In this document: piece after piece, positions 10,309 to 19,347 of the stretch
Numbering within the stretch: the first letter of the stretch is position 1
Layout of the letters: each line of letters starts with the position of its first letter
Source: Ostreococcus lucimarinus
Lineage: Eukaryota
Assembly (NCBI GenBank): GCA_000092065.1
Contig: CP000585.1
Reading direction: 5' to 3' (one strand)
DNA: 64,000 bases
Translations under genes and position numbers: made by a program
Notes under the pieces: generated by a model
What the model saw: the letters and a program-made list of their open reading frames with translations, nothing else
Database searches by the model: none
What the model was told of the DNA's origin: nothing

Positions 10309-10686
10309 CTAGTGGTCGTCGTGCGCCGAATCCATCATCTTCAGCTCGCCCCGCAACTGTTCCATCTTCAGCCCCATGCTCCGTCGCACGCGTCCTCTCG
10401 CGTCCTCGCTCGCCGCGCTCTCGAGTAATTTTTCATACGCCGCCATCGTCTTCTCCACGCACGCGCGCGCGTGCTCGGCGTCTTCGTTAAAGTACGTCGA
10501 CCCGACGCTCTCCATGGCGGCTTCGATTTCCTCTCGCGCCTCGGCGAACGCGTCGTTCACCTCGTCCTCGAGCGCTTTCCCGGACGCGAACGTCCGCGTC
10601 GCGCGCGCGACGTCGACGCGTCGTCGCGCGGCGGCGACCGTCGCGCGCGCGAGACGGCGCAACATGATGAATGAGCGAGTGAGCAC
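10309..10686 (-). CDS. Small hypothetical protein (125 aa) with N-terminal basic/hydroxylated presequence and helical acidic body; possibly mitochondrial
   Basis: Amino-acid composition is protein-like (E,K,M,F,Y), unlike surrounding Arg/Ala-rich spurious ORFs. Presequence-like N-terminus MLTRSFIMLRRLARATVAAARRR. No family recognised. Confidence 0.3.
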   Translation of the reverse strand: MLTRSFIMLRRLARATVAAARRRVDVARATRTFASGKALEDEVNDAFAEAREEIEAAMESVGSTYFNEDAEHARACVEKTMAAYEKLLESAASEDARGRVRRSMGLKMEQLRGELKMMDSAHDDH

Positions 10687-10722
10687 GCGGGCGCGTCACA
10701 GAGTGCCGCGTCGCCGCGTCGT

Positions 10723-10725
<3 letters not shown>

Positions 10726-10758
<33 letters not shown>
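10726..10758. repeat. (GTC)n microsatellite, about 11 units
   Basis: Pure gtc triplet run in the intergenic space between 10309..10686(-) and 10768..11544(+); coordinates approximate. Confidence 0.8.
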
Positions 10759-10760
<2 letters not shown>

Positions 10761-10767
10761 GCGCGAG

Positions 10768-11544
10768 ATGTCGATGGCGCGCGTCTTTCCGCGCGTCGCG
10801 TCGTCGCGCGCGCGGACGCCGCGCGACGGCGCGCGCGCGAGACGCGCTCGGCTGACGACGACGCGCGCGACGACCGAAAACGGCGGCGACGGCGACGCGG
10901 GCGCGAAGAAGGTCGGTCGGTTCGTGCGAAACGATGGCGCGACGCCGCGCGCGCCGCTGGGGAGCGGGCCGGGCGACGTCGGGCCCGCGGGCGTGGCGCC
11001 GCCGACGTCGACGATGAACGTCAAGGTGATTCCGCTGGAGGAGACGCGGTTCCAAGGCGTGGCGAACGCGGCGAAGGCGGAGACGGCGGCGGAGAGGAAT
11101 TATAGAATCGCGCAGTTGGTGGTGGGCGATTGCGCGGCGCTGCTGGCGTTCGCGGCGATCGGTCGGGGAAATCACGGGGAAGGGATGTACGCGGCGGATG
11201 TCGCGGCGACGGCGGCGCCGTTCGCGCTCGGGTGGTTCGGAGCGATGAAAATCGGGGATAGTTTCGGGAAAGACGCGCGGGGGAGCGATGGAATGAAAGC
11301 AGCGGTGAGCGCGGGAAAGACGTGGGCGGTCGCGGGACCCGTGGGTTTGGCTTTGCGCGCGCTCGGGAAAGGCGCGGCGCCGCCCGCGCCGTTCGTCGTC
11401 GTCTCGCTGACGTTCGCGGGTGCGTTTTTAATCGGTTGGCGCTACTGGTTCGCGAACTCGAAGAGCGACTCGGGGCGCGGAAACAAACAAGGCAACCCGC
11501 TCGAGTTCATGAACTTGCTCTTCGGCCTCGTCAAGCGCTGGTGA
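10768..11544 (+). CDS. Hypothetical membrane protein with N-terminal organelle-targeting-like extension
   Basis: 258-aa ORF. Ser/Thr/Arg-rich N-terminus, then Gly/Ala-rich hydrophobic segments (AALLAFAAIG, VVVSLTFAGAFLIGWRYWF). No family recognised. Confidence 0.35.
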   Translation: MSMARVFPRVASSRARTPRDGARARRARLTTTRATTENGGDGDAGAKKVGRFVRNDGATPRAPLGSGPGDVGPAGVAPPTSTMNVKVIPLEETRFQGVANAAKAETAAERNYRIAQLVVGDCAALLAFAAIGRGNHGEGMYAADVAATAAPFALGWFGAMKIGDSFGKDARGSDGMKAAVSAGKTWAVAGPVGLALRALGKGAAPPAPFVVVSLTFAGAFLIGWRYWFANSKSDSGRGNKQGNPLEFMNLLFGLVKRW

Positions 11545-12001
11545 ATCCGGGATCGTTCGTCGTCGTCGACATTCGACTCGGCGCGCGAGGATAAAGTCGC
11601 CGCCGCGAGCGAGCGATCGCCGCCGGCGGCATCGCTTTTGTAAGCACTATTCGTTTTAATCATTTTCACACGCTTTCTACATCGGTTCGTTCGCCCGCGC
11701 GATCGTCGCACCGCGCGCTGGATGCGCCGCGCCGCGTTCGGCGTTCGCGTTGACCCGCGCTCGACGCCGGGCAGCCAGTGGCAGCGAAGCCATGCATTCA
11801 CCGCAGAAGCGCTCGCTCGCGCGCGTGCGCCCGGTTTCGACGGCCGCACGACGCGCGCGCACTTGTGGCGTCGTCTTCGTCGCTCGTGTCGCGCCCGAGA
11901 CGCCTCGCACACGCGAGCGTCGACGTCAACGCGTCCGCTTCGTGAGATCGCCGGTCGCGGTGACGAGCGAATTCGCCTCGCCGTGATCGCGCGCGCGCGA
12001 G

Positions 12002-14521
12002 ATGGGGAGCCGTGGCAAGCGAATCGTCGAGATAGGTCCCGATGGAACGAGCGAAGGGAGCGAGGACGAGGCGTTCTGGGCGGAGCAGCCCGCGCACACG
12101 GCGAATCGAGCAGAGCGGAGGGCGGACGCCATGCGCGTGCTGGACGTGCAGTCGAACGATGACGCGAGCGCGGTGGCGCAAGCGTATCGAAAGTTAGCGC
12201 TGAGACATCATCCCGATAAACACCGAGGGGATCCGGACGCGGAACGGAAGTTTCGAGAGATCGTCAGAGCGTACGACACGCTGACGAGGGAGTACGGACT
12301 GTCGGGCGAAGCCGCAGCGACGGGATCGATGCAAGATAACTTTGCGAGCGCGGCAGACATGCGTGATTTTGCCGCGAGCTTTTTTGAGAGCTTTTTCTTC
12401 GGTGGAGGGTCGTTCGCGGGTGGTCGAGGCGGGGGCGGCGGTCGACGAGGGGAGTATGACGACGCGAGCAGTCGCGACTACGACGACGACAGCGAGGGCG
12501 ACTCTCTTCCTAGCTTGGATGACTACGACGACGACGACTACACCGACGACGAAGAGTATACGGATTTACACAACTTCTTCGGGAGCGATCCACCGCCAGG
12601 GTGGGCTTCGCGAGGGGCACCCGGCAAGTGGTTTGGACGTCCGGGGAGTAGTCAAGGGAGCGGGGGACGACCGTCCATGACGGATGATCAACTCTTTGAG
12701 CACTTGGAACAAATGCGTAAAGAAGCTGCGCGATACGCTGCGGAGCTGGCGAAGCAAGAGAACGAGGCTCGACGAGCGAATGAACCTCTGGAGAAGCTTC
12801 AACGCCCGACGCTGGTTTCGCGCACGGATGACTCCATTACGCTCAACTTGTACCGCACAAAATCTACCACGCAAACCTTACCGCAAGACAGGTGCTGGGA
12901 GCTTAGCTTAAAGAAAGAAAAGGAGCACAATTACACGGTGTTCACATCCGTCAAAGGCAAGACTGTAATTACGGTGGACGATTTATTACCGGGAACAAAG
13001 TACTGCTTCAAGGCTAGGGTAGGACGCGTAGACGAGTCCACCGGCGAGGTCACAGAATGGGGCCCGCATAGCGTAGAAAGTATGTACGTGACGTCTGGTC
13101 GAGCGCCGGTAGGAAATAGTGGGAAACAATCCGTCAGAGCAGAACACGAAGAAGTGGTGACTGAAGCCGGTATGGGGAAAAAGGCAAAAAAGCGCGCCGC
13201 GAAAGAGCAGGCCGAAAAGGAAGAGCGTGAGCGTCTTGCTGCTGCGGAGAAGGAAGGCAACACCACTGCAGCAGCAGTCGCAGATGAAGCTGCGGCTCGT
13301 CAGGCTGCGCTGCGTAAAGCTGCGGAGGAGGCCGCTGAGCGGGAGATGGCAGAGATGGAGGCTATTCGCAAGCGTGTCGAAGCATCGAAGAAACCGGACG
13401 TCAAAGCGGCAGCTTCTGCGGGTGAAGGTATCTCCAAGAAAGCAGCGCAGCGGAAAAAGAAGAAGGAACGCGCAAAGGCGGAGGAGTTAGCGAAAGAAGT
13501 CGAATCTAGTATGGGGTCAATGCCGACGGAGACGGATGAAGAGCTTGCCAGACGTTTGCAAGCCGAGGAGGATCGTTCTTCGATGTTAGGAAACAAGCAC
13601 ATGAGTGCACCTAAACCACCAGTACCGTCGGGACCCCCGCCGTCTTGGGCGGCAGCTCCTGCGATGCGAATGCCAGTGAAGAAACCTGAGCCAGTAGCGG
13701 TGCGTGGGCCACCCTCGGGCGTGCCTCTTCCGCCGCAGTCGGCGCCTCCGCTAGGTCAGAGTAGAATCCCCACACCACGAGCTGGTGAAGAAGGACACGC
13801 CCCTCCCCCTCTTCCACCAGGTCCTCGACCTCCGGCGTCGTATGGTGCGGCTGCTCCTGCGCCGCCTCCTCGGCATCGAGGTTCTCCGCCGCAAACCGGC
13901 GCTTGGGGCGTCGCGCAAAGCTCTGGAATTAGCTCCGCGAGCACCTGGGGCGAGACGAGGCCTGCAGTAGCGCCAGTGGTTGCGCCATCGCCGCAGCACG
14001 CTACGCCACCGCACCAGGCGCCGAGTCAACCCGCTTCTTGGAGTCCGGCGAACAGCAACTGGCAACCCATGGGCGCCGGCATGGGCGCTTTGCCCGTCGG
14101 CGATGTATTCGCAACGGACACGCAGCAAATGCCTCCACCATCCGCTGGTCTCTTCGTTGGCGGCTTGGAACAAAATTGGAATCCATCTGTGGCGCCCGCC
14201 GCGCACTGGGGCGGTCAATCATCGTGGAACGGAGGCAGCGGCGCTCCACCGCCGGCTCAAGGCGCGAGCGGCGCCGACTGGGGCCTGGGAGGTTTAGGCG
14301 TTAATGCCGATCTAAATGCTGGCACTCCGAGCTGGAGTGCGTTCGCCGGTACATCCCCCACCGCCGGGCCTGGTGTGTGGTCTACCCCGAACGATCTCTC
14401 CGTCGACGTCGGTCGCATGAACCTCGACGCCAGGCAGCAACAAGCCGCTCAGCGCAGTCCCGGCACCCCCGACGGCGACCCCAATCTCATCGATTCCAGT
14501 TTATTGAGTTTTCTAGGCTAG
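12002..14521 (+). CDS. DnaJ (J-domain) protein with acidic region, fibronectin-III-like domain, charged K/E/A helix and long Pro-rich tail
   Basis: J-domain with HPD motif (YRKLALRHHPDKHRGDPDAERKFREIVRAYDTL) near the N-terminus. Followed by D/E/Y-rich region, an FN3-like beta region (ITLNLYRTKSTT...YCFKARVGRV), KEAAE-rich helix, then P/G/S/A low complexity. Confidence 0.65.
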   Translation: MGSRGKRIVEIGPDGTSEGSEDEAFWAEQPAHTANRAERRADAMRVLDVQSNDDASAVAQAYRKLALRHHPDKHRGDPDAERKFREIVRAYDTLTREYGLSGEAAATGSMQDNFASAADMRDFAASFFESFFFGGGSFAGGRGGGGGRRGEYDDASSRDYDDDSEGDSLPSLDDYDDDDYTDDEEYTDLHNFFGSDPPPGWASRGAPGKWFGRPGSSQGSGGRPSMTDDQLFEHLEQMRKEAARYAAELAKQENEARRANEPLEKLQRPTLVSRTDDSITLNLYRTKSTTQTLPQDRCWELSLKKEKEHNYTVFTSVKGKTVITVDDLLPGTKYCFKARVGRVDESTGEVTEWGPHSVESMYVTSGRAPVGNSGKQSVRAEHEEVVTEAGMGKKAKKRAAKEQAEKEERERLAAAEKEGNTTAAAVADEAAARQAALRKAAEEAAEREMAEMEAIRKRVEASKKPDVKAAASAGEGISKKAAQRKKKKERAKAEELAKEVESSMGSMPTETDEELARRLQAEEDRSSMLGNKHMSAPKPPVPSGPPPSWAAAPAMRMPVKKPEPVAVRGPPSGVPLPPQSAPPLGQSRIPTPRAGEEGHAPPPLPPGPRPPASYGAAAPAPPPRHRGSPPQTGAWGVAQSSGISSASTWGETRPAVAPVVAPSPQHATPPHQAPSQPASWSPANSNWQPMGAGMGALPVGDVFATDTQQMPPPSAGLFVGGLEQNWNPSVAPAAHWGGQSSWNGGSGAPPPAQGASGADWGLGGLGVNADLNAGTPSWSAFAGTSPTAGPGVWSTPNDLSVDVGRMNLDARQQQAAQRSPGTPDGDPNLIDSSLLSFLG

Positions 14522-14771
14522 CGATAGCGCTTCGCTTTCAATCGACTCTCTCTTTCTCGTCACCTCGCATCATTCGGACATCGCTCGCGTTCGACGCGCT
14601 CAAATCCGCGCAACCACCAACTCTGCAACTGTCGCAATAATCTGAGTATTCCAAACGCGCGCGCACTTCGACGCGCGCGCGTCGCCGGTTCCGCGCGCGC
14701 GCGAACGCGCCCACGCGAACGTTCGCGCGCGCACGACCGTCCGCGATCGCGAACGGCGTCGCCGCGCGGCG

Positions 14772-17700
14772 ATGACGCTGCGCTTTCGTCGTCCGCGCGT
14801 CGGCAAAGTTTGGGAACACGGCGCCGCGGTGGACGTCGTCGTCGAGCGCGCGGATGATTTCGATCGCGATCGCGCGCGCGAGTGTGAGATCTCGCTCGTC
14901 GGTCAAGGGGCGTGGATGCGAAGCTCGAAACACGCGACGCTTGGGAAGATTTCATTCCGCGAAGGCGAAGGCGAAGGCGAACGCGAGCTCGACGAAGGGA
15001 AACTGACGTGGCGCGTGCCGGAAGACGTGCCGAGCGGAGAGTACGAACTGAAGGCGAGCGTGCCGAACTCACGACCGGCGATCGAGACGACGACGCGGAT
15101 CGTGATCTCTGAAAGGATGAAGGCGCGACGGACGAGCGCGGGGACGTGCGAGGCGACGTGGGACGCGCGCGCGATTCCCGGAGATTACACGGCGGAAGAT
15201 GGATGGAAACTGGCGATTGATATCACGCCCGTGATTGAAGAAGGAGAGGATGTCAACGCAGTGGTGTCTCACGCGTTTATACTCGCCGCAGAGAGTGGAT
15301 TGAAGACGCACACGAAGGATGGGACGCGCATCTTGTGCGACATCTCAGAGGCTGAGCGAGAGAGTCGGCGCAAAACGTTGCGATTGCTTCCCAACCGCGC
15401 TTGTGATATCGCGCTTTGCGCTTTTGGGGACGAGTCAGATGCCATGGCGGATTACGTCACGTTGAGAGTTAGGGTGGACATGTCGCAGACGATGATGGAA
15501 GTGTGCGCGAGTGGGCATCCGTCGCAGACGATTTCGTCGCGGAGCGTGCATTCTGCAGACGGCTACTACTCCAGAAGTCCACCGATTAAATCGATAGAAA
15601 AGAAACCGGACGGCGAAGAGCTAAAAGATGTTACGAACATTGACGATAGGGAAGCGGTGCTGAAGGATGACTTGAGCTTGGGTCGCTGGGCCGCAGAGGA
15701 GAGCACCGACGGGTGGCGACAGGAGCCTGGTTTGAATGTTCTCGTCGTGCGCGCAGACGACTTCCAGCCAATCTATGAGTGTACATGGGACACCAGCGGT
15801 GGTGCGCGTCGCGCGAAAGAAATTGAGACGCAGTTACAGTCATTCATGAAGTCATTCTTTGACGGCGGCGCCGTCGACGTGGCTCGAAAAAGCGTGCCAG
15901 AACATTTTCTTTGCATCACCACCTGTGGTCAATGGAGCGGAGGGACGGCTAAAATTAGCGAAAAAATTTCAAAAGCGTTGCAACTCGTTCTCGTTGGAAT
16001 CCTAGGCTCGGACAAGGGCGACGATGGCGTGAGCGCGCGCATTCACAAAGCATTGGCAGTTCCAGACAAGCCTCTTGCCATCGCCGCTGTGTCTTATGGG
16101 AGCGCTCGAGACGAAGTGCACACGTGGGTTGACGTGAGCGAACCGAAAGGCAAAGCGATCATCAAAACGTCGTTGAGCAATTCCAACGGTGCGTGGTACC
16201 CTACGTTGATCCAGCGCGGCGAAGGCGAGCACGCGTCTGATTGGTACATTCCTTGGAGAAATTACGCGCGCGAAGGGTGGAGCGTATTAAGTGAAGACGC
16301 GCGAGTTCAACGATACTCACAACTGATAGGCGATATACGACACATGGTTTTCGATGCCGAAAGTGGTTCTCGAGTGAGCGTGTACAATTTGGTACGTGCA
16401 CTCGTCAAATACGCCTCACGGCGTAGTGGCGATAAATCGTTGGTACCGACGGTGGACATGCTTCTCGTTGAAATTATTCTTTCGCGTGGAGCGCTGGCGG
16501 TTGTCGAGTGCGTCAATGCTGGTGCGGTTGAGTATGTCGTTGATAGAGTGCTTTCGTGCGTGCGCGAAGATGCCACCCACGACAAGTTGGAGGTGCTAGA
16601 TAAGGCGTACATCAAATCGCTTCTCAAATTGCTCACCGTGGACGATTTTGCGATGTATGCGGAAGGCATTCGCAGAGGCGCCGCGGATGCTGCATTGCGC
16701 GTGATTCATGCGTTTTGGAACGGGAGTTCCACATTCTTTGATAGTAACTCGCGCGAGATGCTCTCACAGCTAGCGGAGCACATGGCGCTCACAGATTTAG
16801 CCACTGTGCGCATGGTTGCCAAAGACGAACACTCAATGACTGCTTTTACCGCCATTCGGTCGAGTTTAACTTGTGCGGCGCCTTACTCAGGAGAGATCTC
16901 TGGCAAAGTCCACATTCTAGACATCTTGCCAGCGAACGAACAAGACGGACTGATTGAGTTGCCGACATCGCCGAGGACAAATGATGACGTCTCACCAGTA
17001 ATGACGCCGGCGCAGAAAATATTGCAGGCGTACGACGAAATTTGGGAAGGCGGCGAGTCACCGGATAAAGATGGTGATAAGGAGTGGACAATGGTAGAAA
17101 CCGGCGCCGATCAAGTGAATCAACCTGACAACGCAGCGTCAAGCTCGCTTCAAATAGAGGAACCCGTCATGCACACCCCAGAACCGATCAAACGAACAAT
17201 GTCCGGACAGATCGAGTCAGCGCCTGAGCAACCTCTCGACGGTATAGTCATTCTTTGTGCAAAAGGCGGCGACTGGAACACGCATATTTCGATGATTCGA
17301 CAAGCTCCCAGACTCATGTGGCGCGCTCGTGAACGCGGCGCTCGCGCTGTCATTTTTACGTGGCCTCGACGCGGGTTGGCGTGTGTACCGGTTCAGCCGT
17401 TGTTATCGAGTCCAAACTTCGACAACGTGACGAACATTCCAAGCTTCGTCATGTGCGCGGAGTCACTGACACGGTTGCTTCAGTTTTCCGATGACTGCAC
17501 TCTAAAAATTGAGATCCCTCCGAATGGTCTGGTTGGCACCGCTGAAGCGCTCGCAAAGCGAATCGGGAACCAGCTCATGGCGGCGTGCGCAGATCGACCA
17601 CCGCCCATGACGCCGTCTGTTACACCGCCAATCGCCGGTCGTTTTCGCGGCCGATTTAAGCACACTGATGCGCAGACTCTTCTTCCACGTGAAGACGTCT

Positions 17701-19256
17701 CTTCACCGCGAACGCCTTCGGCGTCCACAGGAGAAGGCTTTGCTGCGGCTTTGATTCGCAGAGTCACGTTTACGCAGTCCGGTGAAAGCAAAGAAGAACC
17801 GAAGGATGAAGAAACCTACGTGCGCGATGCCGAGAAGGATGAACGTGACTTCGAATCGCTTCGCCATCTCAGTGAAAAAGTGGCGGCGCCCCCGATGGAC
17901 GAAAACTCGCATCTCGACGCTTGGCGGAGCGCAAATTTAGAAGGCGGCGTGTCGCGATGGACGCGTGCCATGCGACTCGTGAACGCGCTGGGGGATCACG
18001 GAGTGCCATTCATGAAAGGCGCGTATCCGGATAACACCGGTGCAGATGATGATGGACCGATTCGTATTCTGAGTTTGGATGGAGGCGGCATGCGTGGCAT
18101 CGGCACGCTCGTCATGTTGGAACGCATCCTAGAGGCTACGAATAGTTGGTGTGTCGGAGACTGCTTCGACCTCGTTGTAGGCACTTCCACGGGTGGTATC
18201 ATCGCTGTTGGTGCTGGTCTGCTTAGGATGACGACCGACGAGTTGCACGAGCTGTACGTCAAGATGGGCGATGAGATATTCCCTAGAAAAGCCGACTCAT
18301 CCTTGACTCACTGGTACAACCAAACGACAAAGTTCTACCACCGCGGTCGAGAAGAGGCAAGAAGTTTTGAGACTATGCTGCGCAAAGCGTTGCGAGAGGA
18401 AGCCGAAAAACCACTGTACAGTATCACGTCCCATCCACGTTGGTATTCCTCGACTTCTCCGCCGCCGCACGTCTGTCTAGTTTCACACCTCGTGAGTCGG
18501 TCACCTGCCACAACGTTTCTGATGCGTTCGTACAAACACGACGCGAGAGGCAAAAGCCATCTCGGCCACTTGCCAGGCGAACATCGTGCGAGCTTGTTGA
18601 ACTCAATTCGCGCGACGACTGCCGCGCCTTGGTTCTTGGAAGAGCTCAGGATGAAGAAAGAAATCGGGGGCGCTGGAGGTTTTGCACGAGAGCGTAAGTC
18701 TGAAGCCGATAACGCGAACTCTCGCGCGTCGCCCAACGACGTGGAAAAGAAGCAGACTACGGAAGACCATCGCCACGATCATCAAAGAGCACCGACAAAC
18801 GTCAATGCGGAGATCCGATTGATCGACGGCGCCATCGCGAGCAACAATCCCACCGCCGTCGCGGTCTTTGAAGCGCGTCGCTTGTTCTCAAAATCCCGAC
18901 CGCTCTGCGTCGTTTCTCTCGGCACCGGTGCCGCCGTTCCAAACTCTCGCGACGCGCGTCTATCCGGTTTCCCCGGTTGGCTCGACAATACCATCCACGC
19001 GTCGTGCGACGTCGCCCAAGTCGACGCCACCATCAGACACTTACTCGGCGCCGACGACGCGTATTACCGTTTCCAGCCAACCGCCGACGTCTTCAGCTGC
19101 GAGCTCAACGACGTCTCCCCCGAGACGTCGTCCAAGCTCAAGCACGCCGCCGCCGCGTACATGGACACCGTCGACGCCCAGGTTCGCGAGCTCGCCGAGA
19201 TTCTTCGCATCGCCGCCGCGCCCTCGCCATCGAACCGCCCAGACGGCGCGCGATGA
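14772..19256 (+). CDS. Large patatin-like phospholipase domain protein (iPLA2-like)
   Basis: 1494-aa ORF. The patatin catalytic region is in the C-terminal third: oxyanion/Gly-rich LSLDGGGMRGIGTLVMLERI, nucleophile elbow GTSTGGIIAVG, and DGAIASNNPT (catalytic Asp region). ~1000-aa N-terminal region is unassigned. Confidence 0.75.
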   Translation: MTLRFRRPRVGKVWEHGAAVDVVVERADDFDRDRARECEISLVGQGAWMRSSKHATLGKISFREGEGEGERELDEGKLTWRVPEDVPSGEYELKASVPNSRPAIETTTRIVISERMKARRTSAGTCEATWDARAIPGDYTAEDGWKLAIDITPVIEEGEDVNAVVSHAFILAAESGLKTHTKDGTRILCDISEAERESRRKTLRLLPNRACDIALCAFGDESDAMADYVTLRVRVDMSQTMMEVCASGHPSQTISSRSVHSADGYYSRSPPIKSIEKKPDGEELKDVTNIDDREAVLKDDLSLGRWAAEESTDGWRQEPGLNVLVVRADDFQPIYECTWDTSGGARRAKEIETQLQSFMKSFFDGGAVDVARKSVPEHFLCITTCGQWSGGTAKISEKISKALQLVLVGILGSDKGDDGVSARIHKALAVPDKPLAIAAVSYGSARDEVHTWVDVSEPKGKAIIKTSLSNSNGAWYPTLIQRGEGEHASDWYIPWRNYAREGWSVLSEDARVQRYSQLIGDIRHMVFDAESGSRVSVYNLVRALVKYASRRSGDKSLVPTVDMLLVEIILSRGALAVVECVNAGAVEYVVDRVLSCVREDATHDKLEVLDKAYIKSLLKLLTVDDFAMYAEGIRRGAADAALRVIHAFWNGSSTFFDSNSREMLSQLAEHMALTDLATVRMVAKDEHSMTAFTAIRSSLTCAAPYSGEISGKVHILDILPANEQDGLIELPTSPRTNDDVSPVMTPAQKILQAYDEIWEGGESPDKDGDKEWTMVETGADQVNQPDNAASSSLQIEEPVMHTPEPIKRTMSGQIESAPEQPLDGIVILCAKGGDWNTHISMIRQAPRLMWRARERGARAVIFTWPRRGLACVPVQPLLSSPNFDNVTNIPSFVMCAESLTRLLQFSDDCTLKIEIPPNGLVGTAEALAKRIGNQLMAACADRPPPMTPSVTPPIAGRFRGRFKHTDAQTLLPREDVSSPRTPSASTGEGFAAALIRRVTFTQSGESKEEPKDEETYVRDAEKDERDFESLRHLSEKVAAPPMDENSHLDAWRSANLEGGVSRWTRAMRLVNALGDHGVPFMKGAYPDNTGADDDGPIRILSLDGGGMRGIGTLVMLERILEATNSWCVGDCFDLVVGTSTGGIIAVGAGLLRMTTDELHELYVKMGDEIFPRKADSSLTHWYNQTTKFYHRGREEARSFETMLRKALREEAEKPLYSITSHPRWYSSTSPPPHVCLVSHLVSRSPATTFLMRSYKHDARGKSHLGHLPGEHRASLLNSIRATTAAPWFLEELRMKKEIGGAGGFARERKSEADNANSRASPNDVEKKQTTEDHRHDHQRAPTNVNAEIRLIDGAIASNNPTAVAVFEARRLFSKSRPLCVVSLGTGAAVPNSRDARLSGFPGWLDNTIHASCDVAQVDATIRHLLGADDAYYRFQPTADVFSCELNDVSPETSSKLKHAAAAYMDTVDAQVRELAEILRIAAAPSPSNRPDGAR

Positions 19257-19347
19257 AATCCAAATTGAAAAGCCGTTAGCCAAGCATCGACTGACTAATC
19301 ATTCCACCCTCCGGCCCGCACACGTCGCCTCGCGCGCCGCGGGCGCC

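Noticed and set aside
18868-19347. 5' part of the 1484-aa ORF starting at 18868
   Set aside because: Overlaps the well-supported patatin C-terminus in a different frame. Pro/Ser/Thr/Arg-rich. The real gene most likely starts at ATG 19348.
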